64,000 nt of DNA from Chloroflexota bacterium (GTDB lineage: Bacteria; Chloroflexota; Limnocylindria; Limnocylindrales; CSP1-4): contig JBFMAT010000013.1 of assembly GCA_040755495.1 (NCBI GenBank), forward strand, positions 7,968-71,967, given 5' to 3'. The notes below the pieces were generated by a model. That model made no database searches. It was not told the DNA's origin and saw only the letters and a program-made list of their open reading frames with translations. This document shows, in pieces, positions 1-8,519 of this stretch. Each line of letters opens with the position of its first letter. Position 1 is the stretch's first letter. The translations under genes were made by a program, and so were the position numbers.

Positions 1-39
1 CAGCGTCCCCGGCGACGAGCGCCGTGCCCTGAGCCCGGG

Positions 40-474
40 TCAGCGGCGCGGCGGCTCCAGGCTGATCTCGTAGGCCGCCCGGGCGAGCATGATCGCGCCC
101 AGGGCGGTGATCCAGAACCCGTAGGCACGGTTGGGCAGCAGCCCCTCCGGCGCCTCGAGGATGCCACCGAAGGGGACCCACAGGACCACGCCCACCAGCG
201 CGACGACCGCCAGTACCCCGAACGCGAGCCCGCGATCGATGCCCACCGGCCGCTCGCCCGAGGCGTACGGCAGCGCGATCAGCGCGAGCGTGCCGAGGCC
301 GGCGAAGAACGCCAGGATCCCCGTGCCGTCGAACGCCGTCAGCGTGAGCGCCGTGAGCTGGCCCTCCTCGCCGCCGAGGCCGTACCAGGGCATGAGCGGA
401 ATCGATCCGACGAGCGCGACGATGGCGCCCAGGAGCGCGAGGCGGCGGCCGTTGCCCAGCGGATGACGGTGCAT
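40..474 (-). CDS. Hypothetical membrane protein (about 4 TM helices)
   Basis: 144 aa hydrophobic ORF whose start overlaps the hpt stop (TGATG coupling). Confidence 0.75.
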   Translation of the reverse strand: MHRHPLGNGRRLALLGAIVALVGSIPLMPWYGLGGEEGQLTALTLTAFDGTGILAFFAGLGTLALIALPYASGERPVGIDRGLAFGVLAVVALVGVVLWVPFGGILEAPEGLLPNRAYGFWITALGAIMLARAAYEISLEPPRR

Positions 475-1040
475 CAGTCCGCCGGCGTGTAGACCTCGGG
501 GCGGAGCACGCCCACGAAGCGCAGGTTCCGGTACCGCTCGCCGTAGTCCAGGCCGTAGCCGACCACGAACTGGTCCGGGATCTCGAACCCGACGTAGTCC
601 ACCGGGATGTCCACCAGCCGGCGGGCCGGCTTGTCCAGCAGCGTGCAGATCCGCAGCGAGGCCGGGTTCTTGCCGCGCAGGTAGCGGACGAGGTAGTTGA
701 GGGTCAGGCCGGTGTCGATGATGTCCTCGACGAGCAGCACGTCCTCGTCGGCGATGGACGCGGACAGGTCCTTCATGATCCGGACGAGGCCGGACGACTC
801 GGTCGCCGTCCCGCCGTAGGAGCTGACCTCCATGAGGTCGATGCGCAGCGGCAGCGGGATCTGGCGCATCAGGTCGGCCATGAACGGCAACGAGCCCTTG
901 AGGACGCTCACCAGCGTCAGGTTGCGGCCGGCGTAGTCGGCGGCGATCTGGCGGCCGAGGTCGGCCACCTTGGCGGCGATGTCCTCCTCGGTCAGCAGGA
1001 CGTCGCCGATGTCTCCCTGGAGATCGGCGGTGCGGGTCAT
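474..1040 (-). CDS. hpt: Hypoxanthine phosphoribosyltransferase
   Basis: VLKGSLPFMADL, PRPP-binding VLLVEDIIDTGLT, LLDKP and FVVGYGLDY motifs. Confidence 0.97.
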   Translation of the reverse strand: MTRTADLQGDIGDVLLTEEDIAAKVADLGRQIAADYAGRNLTLVSVLKGSLPFMADLMRQIPLPLRIDLMEVSSYGGTATESSGLVRIMKDLSASIADEDVLLVEDIIDTGLTLNYLVRYLRGKNPASLRICTLLDKPARRLVDIPVDYVGFEIPDQFVVGYGLDYGERYRNLRFVGVLRPEVYTPAD

Positions 1041-1130
1041 CTGCGGGTCGGCGCTGCCTCCTGGTCAGGCGGGTGCGGGGTTGGACCGATCATCGCGCGT
1101 CCGGCGATCCGGCGCACGGTGGCTGGGCCG

Positions 1131-1736
1131 TCAGGCGTCCGGCGGGTCGGGGGCCTCGGCCGCGAGCGCCTCGACCGCGACCGGGGCGGCATCGCCGGCT
1201 CCCCGGCGCCGGCGGCGCCCGCGGCGGCGGCCCCGGGGCGTGACGGCGGGCCCGGCGACGACGAGGTCCGACTCGAGGTCGGGCAGGTCGAGCTCGGTGA
1301 GCACGAGGCCGGGCTCGGGCTCCGCCGAGACGTCGACGGGTCGCGGCGGCGTGGCCTGGCCGGTGGTCCCGGTGAGCTCGTCCACCAGCGCCATGCGCCC
1401 GAACTTGAGCAGGAGCATCCGGAAGTCCCGGGCATAGAACAGCTTGATCCGGATGTCCGGGTACAGCTCGCGCAGGCGCCGCAGCTTGCGGTTCTTCTTG
1501 CGCACCAGCTTCTGCTTGAGCGTGGTCAGCTCGACGTACAGGTCGAGGTCCGGCAGGTAGAAGTCGGGCGCGAAGCTCTCGACGACGTCGCCGTCCAGGC
1601 TCCAGCCGATCGGGAACGTGTCGGGCTCGTACGTCCAGCGGACGTCGTAGAAGTCCAGGATCCGAGCCAGCTCCGCCTCGCTCGCGTGCGCGAACGCCGG
1701 GCGCGCCGGCGGGACGCCCGCCACGGGCTCGGTCAC
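1131..1736 (-). CDS. PD-(D/E)XK-like nuclease-fold protein with low-complexity C-terminus (201 aa)
   Basis: FAHASEAELARILDFY..W.YEP..F..FAPDFYLPDLDLYVELTT core; GTG at 1736 overlaps the upstream stop (GTGA). Confidence 0.7.
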   Translation of the reverse strand: MTEPVAGVPPARPAFAHASEAELARILDFYDVRWTYEPDTFPIGWSLDGDVVESFAPDFYLPDLDLYVELTTLKQKLVRKKNRKLRRLRELYPDIRIKLFYARDFRMLLLKFGRMALVDELTGTTGQATPPRPVDVSAEPEPGLVLTELDLPDLESDLVVAGPAVTPRGRRRGRRRRRGAGDAAPVAVEALAAEAPDPPDA

Positions 1737-2068
1737 CGGGGATCCCCCGGCCGGTCGAGCAGCGAGCGGAGGTCGCCGTGCCACCCGTCGAGGAAGCGGC
1801 GCATCGCCCGGACGTCGTCGGCGGCGATCGGGGAGGCCCCGGCGAGGCGGACGTCGGCGTTGGTGTCCAGGATCGGCTGGGGGCCGCCCGGCCCGGCCGC
1901 GCCGATCACCACGCCCATCGTCCGGCTGCCGCAGCGGGGGCAGGCGAGCTCCACGAACGCGAGGTCGCCCCGGTCGGCGAGGACCGCGATCCGGTCGCCG
2001 GGGATGGCCGCTCCGCACGAGGCGCAGCCGGCCCCGGTGAGGCGCTCCCGGAGTCCGCGATGGTCCAT
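1733..2068 (-). CDS. Small Zn-ribbon protein
   Basis: CASC...CPRC pairs; TAGACT -10 at 2078-2083 (minus strand), 9 nt before the ATG. Confidence 0.7.
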   Translation of the reverse strand: MDHRGLRERLTGAGCASCGAAIPGDRIAVLADRGDLAFVELACPRCGSRTMGVVIGAAGPGGPQPILDTNADVRLAGASPIAADDVRAMRRFLDGWHGDLRSLLDRPGDPR

Positions 2069-2129
2069 CGGCCGTGAAGTCTACCCAACGGGCGTGAACA
2101 GGGCGCGTGCCATCGGCACCGGATTCGCG

Positions 2130-2150
2130 GATACTCCCGTGGGGTATCAT
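2130..2150 (+). promoter_or_regulatory. CsoR-type operator overlapping the -10 (TATCAT) of a leaderless csoR promoter
   Basis: GATACTCCCGTGGGGTATC is a near-palindrome of the TAC-C-tract/G-tract-GTA form typical of CsoR/RcnR boxes; TATCAT at 2145-2150 is 6 nt before ATG 2157. Confidence 0.8.
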
Positions 2151-2156
2151 GACGCC

Positions 2157-2522
2157 ATGGCCGAGCCCCCCCACCGGCCGGCGTCCGACCACGGCGCCGG
2201 TCACGACACCTTCCGTCACAGCTACTCCAAGGACAAGGCGCAGCTCGTCCGGCGACTGAGCCGGATCGAGGGCCAGGTGCGCGGGATCGCGCGCATGATC
2301 GAGCGCGAGGAGTACTGCGTCGACATCCTCCAGCAGACCGCCGCCCTGCGGGCCGCGGTCGATGCCGTGTCCGTGCTGGTGCTGGAGGACCACGTCCAGG
2401 GCTGCGTCCGCACCGCCGCCGAGCACGGCGAGGCGGACAAGTACGTGGACGAGGTGATCGACGTCGTCCGCCGGACGCTGGGCCGCCCGGTCCGCACCGG
2501 GACCCGCACGCCCCAGCCGTAG
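2157..2522 (+). CDS. csoR: CsoR/RcnR family metal-sensing transcriptional repressor
   Basis: RLSRIEGQVRGIARMIEREEYCVDILQQ...DHVQGCV with the Cys-His-Cys Cu(I) ligand set. Confidence 0.92.
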   Translation: MAEPPHRPASDHGAGHDTFRHSYSKDKAQLVRRLSRIEGQVRGIARMIEREEYCVDILQQTAALRAAVDAVSVLVLEDHVQGCVRTAAEHGEADKYVDEVIDVVRRTLGRPVRTGTRTPQP

Positions 2523-2642
2523 CGCCCGGCGCCGGCCCCGTCAGCCGCCCGGTGGGTGGCGGGGACGGCACGGGAGCAAGGGCCGCGATCGTGGGGCCGA
2601 ACGGCCCGCCGCCGCGTGGCTCGCGGTGGACAGCCGGTGCCG

Positions 2643-2683
2643 TTATCCACAGGTCGACGGCCGGCCCCGCAGTTCGTGGATAA
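2643..2683. promoter_or_regulatory. Two inverted DnaA boxes
   Basis: Perfect TTATCCACA at 2643-2651; CGTGGATAA at 2675-2683 (reverse complement TTATCCACG, 1 mismatch). Confidence 0.75.
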
Positions 2684-2688
2684 GGGCC

Positions 2689-2717
2689 TTGACGCCCCCC
2701 GGGCGGCCGCCTAACGT
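2689..2717 (+). promoter_or_regulatory. Sigma70-type promoter upstream of rsmG
   Basis: TTGACG (2689-2694), 17 bp spacer, TAACGT (2712-2717). Confidence 0.7.
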
Positions 2718-2891
2718 CCGCAGTCCGCACGCAGCGTGCGCGCACCGGGCAGCGCGATTCGCGAGGGGCCACGGGGAGACCCGGGCCGGAACCGAACGGG
2801 TCGCGCAACACCGTGTCGACGGCGCCTGCGGCGAGCGAACGACGCCGGGAGCGGCTCCCGGGCGGGCCTGGCACGACCACAGGAGGGTGCC

Positions 2892-3665
2892 CTGGACCGG
2901 CCGAGAGGTCCGCTCCCGACGCGCGTCTCGGACCTCCCACCGCTTCCCGCGGCGTACGAGGCCGCCCTCGACGCGGGCCTGCGCGCCCTGGACCTCGGGC
3001 TGGAACCGGCAGCCCGCGAGGCGATCGACACCCACGCCCGATTCCTCCTCGCCTGGACCGCGGCGATCAACCTGACCGCGATCCGCGACCCGGCGGAGGT
3101 CGCGCGCCTGCACATCGTCGACAGCCTGTCCGCGGTGCCGCTCCTGCGTGGCCTGGGCGTCCGCGGGCTGCTGGACCTCGGCAGCGGCGGCGGCTACCCG
3201 GGGCTGCCGCTGGCGGCGGCCCTGCCGGCAGACCGGGCGCTGCTCGTCGACTCGGTCGCCAAGAAGGTCCGCTTCCTCGACACCGTGATCCGTGCAACCG
3301 GGCTCGCCAGTCGGGTCCACGCGGAGCCGGCGCGCGCGGAGGCGCTCGCGCGCGACCCGTCGGACCGCGAGGCCTGGCCGGCCGTCACCGCCCGGGCCGT
3401 GGCCGGTCTCGGCGAGCTGGTGGAGGTCGCCCTCCCGCTCGTCGCCCCGGGCGGCGTCCTCGTCGCCTGGAAGCGCGCGCCGCTGGACGACGAGCTGGCC
3501 GCGGCGGCGGGCGCCCTGGCCGCGCTGCGCGCGGGCGCCGTCACGGTCCGCGAGTCCGGCGTGCCGGGTCTCGAGGCCCATCGCCTGGTCGTGGTCGCCC
3601 GCGGCGGGCCCATCGACCCGCGATACCCGCGCGACCCCGCCGAGCGGCGCCGGCACCCGCTGTGA
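2892..3665 (+). CDS. rsmG: 16S rRNA m7G527 methyltransferase RsmG (GidB)
   Basis: INLTAIRD..HIVDSL, LDLGSGGGYPGLPLA, DSVAKKVRFL, RAE and VTARAVA motifs; start placed at in-frame CTG 5 nt after AGGAGG (uncertain). Confidence 0.93.
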   Translation: MDRPRGPLPTRVSDLPPLPAAYEAALDAGLRALDLGLEPAAREAIDTHARFLLAWTAAINLTAIRDPAEVARLHIVDSLSAVPLLRGLGVRGLLDLGSGGGYPGLPLAAALPADRALLVDSVAKKVRFLDTVIRATGLASRVHAEPARAEALARDPSDREAWPAVTARAVAGLGELVEVALPLVAPGGVLVAWKRAPLDDELAAAAGALAALRAGAVTVRESGVPGLEAHRLVVVARGGPIDPRYPRDPAERRRHPL

Positions 3666-3750
3666 CGCGGCCCGCGATCGATGCGCCCGGCAGCGTGCCC
3701 GGCGCGACGGATGCGCGTCGATGGGCCGCCGCTGCGCTACCCTCCCAACG

Positions 3751-4473
3751 ATGCGCGTCGCCGTGCTCTCGGACATCCACGCGAACCTCGCCGCGCTCGA
3801 CGCGGTGCTGGCCGCCGTCCCGTCGGTGGACGAGGTGTGGCAGCTGGGCGACATCGTGGGCTACGGGCCGGACCCGGACGAGGTCGTGGGCCGCCTACGC
3901 GAGATCGGCGCCCGGGGGGTCCGCGGCAACCACGACGCCGCGGCCGTCGGCGACCTCGACGTCGAGTCGTTCAACGTGGACGCCCGGCGGGCGATGGAGT
4001 GGACCCGCGCGGTCATGAGCGACGACACGAAGGCGTGGCTGCGGGCCCTGCCGGAGCGCACCGAGCAGGTGGGCCTCACGCTCGTCCACGGGAGCCCGCG
4101 CGACCCCATCTGGGAGTACGTCACGACCAGCCCCGTCGCGCGGGCCGGCATCGCCGCGCTGCCCACGCCCAGCGGCCTCAACGGCCATACCCACGTGCCC
4201 ATCGCGTACCTCGAGGAGGATGGGCGCCTCGAGACCATGAGCCCCGGCTCCGGCTCCCGGCTCGTGTACGAGGGCCGCCGGGCGCTGCTCAACCCGGGCA
4301 GCGTCGGCCAGCCACGGGACGGCATCCCGACCGCGTCCTGGCTGCTGCTCGACACGGACGCCGGGGCCGCCACGTGGCAGCGCACCGCGTACGACGTCGG
4401 ATCCGTCCAGGACCACATGGAGCGCCTCGGGCTCCCCGAGCGCCTGGTCGCGCGCCTGTCGTACGGGCTGTAG
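3751..4473 (+). CDS. Calcineurin-like metallophosphoesterase (YfcE/MJ0936-like)
   Basis: DIHAN, LGDIVGYG, RGNHD, HGSP, GHTH and NPGSVGQPRD motifs; TACCCT -10 at 3738-3743. Confidence 0.9.
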   Translation: MRVAVLSDIHANLAALDAVLAAVPSVDEVWQLGDIVGYGPDPDEVVGRLREIGARGVRGNHDAAAVGDLDVESFNVDARRAMEWTRAVMSDDTKAWLRALPERTEQVGLTLVHGSPRDPIWEYVTTSPVARAGIAALPTPSGLNGHTHVPIAYLEEDGRLETMSPGSGSRLVYEGRRALLNPGSVGQPRDGIPTASWLLLDTDAGAATWQRTAYDVGSVQDHMERLGLPERLVARLSYGL

Positions 4474-4475
4474 GG

Positions 4476-6500
4476 ATGATCGGCGGCCGCCGGCCCATCT
4501 CGGGCCGCAAACCGGGCGACAAGCGGGTCAGGGTCGAGCGCCCCCATTCGCCCTACTTCCGCTACACGGGGCCGGGCCAGCTGACGGCCAAGGCCGCCGC
4601 CAGCGCGCCGACCACGCGCTCGGGCCAGGTGTTCGCGCGGATCAAGGGGTTCTTCATCGGCCGGCCCCTCGCCAACGAGGAGGAGGCCGGCGAGCGCCTG
4701 TCCAAGAAGAAGGCGCTCGCGATCTTCAGCTCCGACGCGATCTCGTCGTCCGCCTATGCGACCGAGGAGATCATCCTCGCGTTCCTCCTGGCCGGCGTCG
4801 GCGGCGCGGCGTTCGACCTCTCGATCGAGGTCAGCATCGCGATCGCCGTCCTGCTCGCCATCGTGGCCTTCAGCTACCGCCAGGTGTGCATCGCCTATCC
4901 CAACGGCGGCGGCTCGTACTCCGTGTCCAAGGCGAACTTCGGCCGCCTGGCCTCGCTCGTGGCCGCGTCGGCGCTGATGATCGACTACACCCTCACGGTC
5001 GCCGTCTCGACGTCCTCGGCCGTGGAGCAGATCGCGTCCGCGGTCCCGGCGCTGGACCCCGTGCGGGTGCAGATCGGCGTGATCGCGATCGGGATCATCC
5101 TGGTGGGCAACCTGCGCGGCGTCCGTGAGGCCGGCAGCATCTTCGCGATCCCGACCTACCTGTTCCTGGGCAGTGCGTTCCTGATGATCGGGATGGGCGT
5201 GTTCCGGATCGTGGCCCAGGGCGACACCGGCCCGGCGCCGTCGCCGGAGGTGATCCGGGCGACCACCGAGACCGCCCAGAGCGTGGGCATCCTGATCCTG
5301 CTCCGGGCCTTTGCCTCGGGCGCGGTCGCCCTCACCGGCACGGAGGCGATCGCGACCGGCGTCCCCGCCTTCAAGCCGCCGGAGCCCAGGAACGCCGCCC
5401 GGACGCTGATGGCGATGGCCGTGATCCTGGGCGTGCTGTTCGTGGGCATCACGTTCCTCGCCGCCAACTTCCACATCCTGCCCATCGAGGAGCCCAAGCA
5501 GACGGTCATCGCCCAGATCTCGCGCCACGTGTACGGCGACACCGTCGGGTTCTACCTGTTCCAGGCGTTCACGGCGCTGTTGCTGTTCCTGGCCGCGAAC
5601 ACGTCCTTCGCGGCCTTCCCGCGACTGTCCGCGGTCCTCGCCGAGGACGGCTTCATCCCGCGCCACTTCGCGTTCCGCGGCGACCGGCTCGCGTTCTCGC
5701 AGGGGATCCTGCTGCTGGGCGCGTGCGCCGCCACGCTGGTCGTCATCGGCCGCGGCTCGACGCATGCGCTCATCCCGCTGTACGCCGTGGGCGTGTTCAT
5801 CGACTTCACGATCTCGCAGGCGGGCATGGTCCGGCACTGGCTGTCCACGAAGGAGCAGGGCTGGCGCTACCGGATCGTCATCAACGCCACCGGCTGCGTG
5901 CTGACCGCCGTGATCGCGATCGTCGTCACCTCGGTCAAGGCGCCCACCTCGCTGGTGGTGATCGTCCTGATCCCGACCCTGGTGGGCGTGATGCTGTTCG
6001 TCCGGCGCCAGTACGACGGCCAGGCCGAGGAGCTCCACGTCCGCGACGACATGGTGTTCGAGAAGGTGCGCCGCGACCAGCGGGTGGTGATCCCGGTCAA
6101 CGGAATCAACCGGTCGGTCGTCCAGGCCGTGATGTTCGGGCGCACCCTGGCGACCGACCCCTCGATGCTCCAGGCGGTGTTCGTCACCACCGACCCCGAC
6201 GAGGCGAACTCGCTGCGCGAGCGCTGGGAGCGGCAGCTGCCCGGCGTGCCGCTGGTGATCGTCGAGTCGCCGTACCGCGCGATCGTGGGGCCGATGGTCA
6301 CCTATCTCGACGTGCTGGACCGCGCCTGGCCGCCGGACCGCGAGGCGCCCACGACGATCGTGGTCCTGCCCGAGTACGTGGCCAAGCACTGGTGGGACCG
6401 CCTGCTGTACAACCAGTCCGCGAAGCGGCTCAAGGCCGCGCTGGTCGGCCGGGAGCACACCGTGATCGCCAACGTCCCGTACCGCCGCGTCTCGTCGTAG
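4476..6500 (+). CDS. APC-family KimA/YdaO-like K+ transporter
   Basis: FSSDAISSSAYATEE, YPNGGGSY, ALTGTEAI, ANTSFAAFPRL, LIPLYAVGVF; cytoplasmic tail with ESPYR and WWDRLLYNQS. Confidence 0.88.
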   Translation: MIGGRRPISGRKPGDKRVRVERPHSPYFRYTGPGQLTAKAAASAPTTRSGQVFARIKGFFIGRPLANEEEAGERLSKKKALAIFSSDAISSSAYATEEIILAFLLAGVGGAAFDLSIEVSIAIAVLLAIVAFSYRQVCIAYPNGGGSYSVSKANFGRLASLVAASALMIDYTLTVAVSTSSAVEQIASAVPALDPVRVQIGVIAIGIILVGNLRGVREAGSIFAIPTYLFLGSAFLMIGMGVFRIVAQGDTGPAPSPEVIRATTETAQSVGILILLRAFASGAVALTGTEAIATGVPAFKPPEPRNAARTLMAMAVILGVLFVGITFLAANFHILPIEEPKQTVIAQISRHVYGDTVGFYLFQAFTALLLFLAANTSFAAFPRLSAVLAEDGFIPRHFAFRGDRLAFSQGILLLGACAATLVVIGRGSTHALIPLYAVGVFIDFTISQAGMVRHWLSTKEQGWRYRIVINATGCVLTAVIAIVVTSVKAPTSLVVIVLIPTLVGVMLFVRRQYDGQAEELHVRDDMVFEKVRRDQRVVIPVNGINRSVVQAVMFGRTLATDPSMLQAVFVTTDPDEANSLRERWERQLPGVPLVIVESPYRAIVGPMVTYLDVLDRAWPPDREAPTTIVVLPEYVAKHWWDRLLYNQSAKRLKAALVGREHTVIANVPYRRVSS

Positions 6501-6631
6501 CCGCCCGGCGGTGCGGCCCCGGTGCGGTCCCGCGTGCGGGCCGGTGGTATCGTGAATCCGGCGTGACGACCGTCCCGGACGCGCGTGTCACAGCGTCCGT
6601 CGTCGCCACCATCACGGAGGCTTCAAGGCCC

Positions 6632-7090
6632 GTGGCCGATTCGTCGGCACCCCAGTTCCGACGCGCCGTCATCGCGCTGTCCGGCGGCCGCACCGACCGG
6701 TCGATCGTCGCCTTGGCGTCCGACCAGGCTCGCGCAGACCACGCGGAGCTGATCGGCGTGCACGTCGTCGAGATCGACTGGACCCTGCCGCTGGACGCGG
6801 ACGTGGCCGGCCGGTCCGAGGATGCCCAGCGGGTGCTGGACATCGCGGAGACGGCCGCCGAGGCGCACCGCTACAAGCTCGAGACCGTGCTGCTGCAGGC
6901 CCGCGACGTCGGCGCCGCCATCGTCGACGAGGCCACGGAGCGCGATGCCGACCTGATCATCTGCGGCCTCCCGTTCCGTCGGCGCTTCGGCGGCGACTTC
7001 GCGATCGGCGCCACCATCCCCTACATCCTGAAGAACGCGCCATGCGCGGTATGGGTCATCCGCGAAGCGATGCCCGAGGAGCAAGCATGA
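6632..7090 (+). CDS. Universal stress protein
   Basis: USP fold: GVHVVEI...QARDVGAAIVDEA...DLII...ILKNAPCAVWVIR; GGAGG upstream; alternative GTG at 6563 after an extended -10 TGGTATCGT. Confidence 0.85.
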   Translation: MADSSAPQFRRAVIALSGGRTDRSIVALASDQARADHAELIGVHVVEIDWTLPLDADVAGRSEDAQRVLDIAETAAEAHRYKLETVLLQARDVGAAIVDEATERDADLIICGLPFRRRFGGDFAIGATIPYILKNAPCAVWVIREAMPEEQA

Positions 7091-7584
7091 AAGCCGTGAT
7101 CGTCGGCTGCGGCCGCGTCGGCGCCGGGCTGGCCGACGAGCTGGACCGCGCCGGCTGGCAGGTCCTCATCCTGGACACCTCGACGGCGGCCTTCGACCGG
7201 CTGCCGTCCACCTTCCGGGGCACCGCGCTGCGCGGGGACGGGACCGACGAGGACACCCTGCGCCGGGCCGGCGCCGAGGACGCGGACCTGTTCCTGTCGC
7301 TGACCGAGGGCGACAACCGGAACGTGATGGCGGCGCAGCTGGCGATCGAGGCGCTCGGTGCGCGCCGGACGGTCGCCAAGATCAATGACCCGGTGCGCGC
7401 CGAGGCGTACGCCCACCTGGGGATCGCCGCGCTGTGCCGCACCAACCTGATGACCAGCGCGGTGCTCGGCCTCGTGGGGCAGGCGACGGGCGACCGCCCC
7501 GGGATCTACACGCCGGTCGTCGAGCACACGCATGTCGACGTCCCGGCATCTCCCGCGGGCGGCACGCCCTCGACGGAGGCCTGA
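7087..7584 (+). CDS. trkA: TrkA/CeoB-like RCK_N protein
   Basis: IVGCGRVG, GDGTDEDTLRRAG, TEGDNRN. Confidence 0.88.
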   Translation: MKAVIVGCGRVGAGLADELDRAGWQVLILDTSTAAFDRLPSTFRGTALRGDGTDEDTLRRAGAEDADLFLSLTEGDNRNVMAAQLAIEALGARRTVAKINDPVRAEAYAHLGIAALCRTNLMTSAVLGLVGQATGDRPGIYTPVVEHTHVDVPASPAGGTPSTEA

Positions 7585-7587
7585 GCG

Positions 7588-8256
7588 ATGTTCGTGCTGG
7601 TCGTGGGCGGCGGCAAGGTCGGCTACTACCTGACCAAGGAGCTGATCGAGTCAGGGCACGAGGTCGCCCTGATGGAGAAGGACCGCGTGCGGGCGGGCCA
7701 GATCGCGGACGAGATCGGGTCGGTCGTGATCTCGCACGACGGCTGCGAGGGCAAGTACCTCCACGAGGCCGGGGCGAACCGGGCCGACATCGTGGCGGCG
7801 GTGACCGGCGACGACGAGGACAACCTGGTCATCTGCCAGATGGCCAAGCACCACTTCGACGTTCCCCGGACGATCGCCCGGGTCAACAACCCCAAGAACG
7901 AGTCGCTGTTCCGCCACCTGGGCGTGGACGAGATCATCAGCCCGACGCGCATGATCCTGGGCTCGATCGAGCAGGACATCCCGGTCCACGAGCTGCTCCA
8001 CCTCGCGGCGCTGGGCGTGGGCGAGCTGGAGATCATCGAAGCGCGGCTGCAGCCGGGGTCGCCGGCGATCGGCCGGAGCGCGCTCGACCTGACGGTGCCG
8101 GACGGCTGCTCGCTGTTCGGCGTCATCCGCGACGGGAAGCCGACGCCGCTGAGCGCCGGCACGGTGCTCGCGGAGGGCGACAAGGTGATCGCCATCGGGC
8201 GGCCGGACTGCGAGCCCGCGCTGCGTGACCAGCTGATCGGCGAGTCCGAGGCCTAG
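7588..8256 (+). CDS. trkA: TrkA/CeoC-like RCK_N + RCK_C protein
   Basis: VVGGGKVG, VTGDDEDNL, ARVNNPKN; C-terminal RCK_C (SPAIGRS...VIRDG...GDKVI). Confidence 0.9.
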   Translation: MFVLVVGGGKVGYYLTKELIESGHEVALMEKDRVRAGQIADEIGSVVISHDGCEGKYLHEAGANRADIVAAVTGDDEDNLVICQMAKHHFDVPRTIARVNNPKNESLFRHLGVDEIISPTRMILGSIEQDIPVHELLHLAALGVGELEIIEARLQPGSPAIGRSALDLTVPDGCSLFGVIRDGKPTPLSAGTVLAEGDKVIAIGRPDCEPALRDQLIGESEA

Positions 8257-8265
8257 GCGACGCCG

Positions 8266-8285
8266 CGCCCCGGGGCGCCGGGGCG
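8266..8285 (+). terminator. GC-rich hairpin after the K+ cluster (possible terminator)
   Basis: CGCCCCGG-GGCG-CCGGGGCG perfect 8-bp stem; no U-tract. Confidence 0.35.
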
Positions 8286-8393
8286 GGCATGCGGTGCGCG
8301 AAGGGACCCCCGGGGGCCGGGTCCGGGGGTCGCGGATCCCCTTCTTCGATCCCCATTCCGCGCAGGCATTGTGCGTCGTCCAACGGAGACATC

Positions 8394-8423
8394 TTGACAA
8401 CGCCATTGTCATGGTTTTAGGCT
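8394..8423 (+). promoter_or_regulatory. Heat-shock operon promoter with an overlapping inverted repeat
   Basis: TTGACA (8394-8399), 18 bp spacer, TAGGCT (8418-8423); palindrome TGACAA-N5-TTGTCA at 8395-8411. Confidence 0.75.
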
Positions 8424-8519
8424 GTGGCATGTCCGGAAGCGCAGTGGGCGCTCCGGCCAGTATTCCACCGCAGGCCGGCGGCGTAGAACCGCCGGCGGAC
8501 CAGCAGGAGGTTCGATGCG

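Noticed and set aside
2600-2720. Replication origin (oriC)
   Set aside because: Only two good DnaA boxes, no AT-rich unwinding element, and no dnaA/dnaN in the window.
2722-2880. c-di-AMP (ydaO) riboswitch or SRP RNA upstream of the K+ genes
   Set aside because: The conserved GCUGAA/GGGGAACC/CAGCUAAC (ydaO) and UCAGG..GGAA..AGCAG (SRP) motifs are not present.
8394-8423. HAIR or CIRCE element
   Set aside because: The palindrome matches neither CTTGAGT-N7-ACTCAAG nor TTAGCACTC-N9-GAGTGCTAA.
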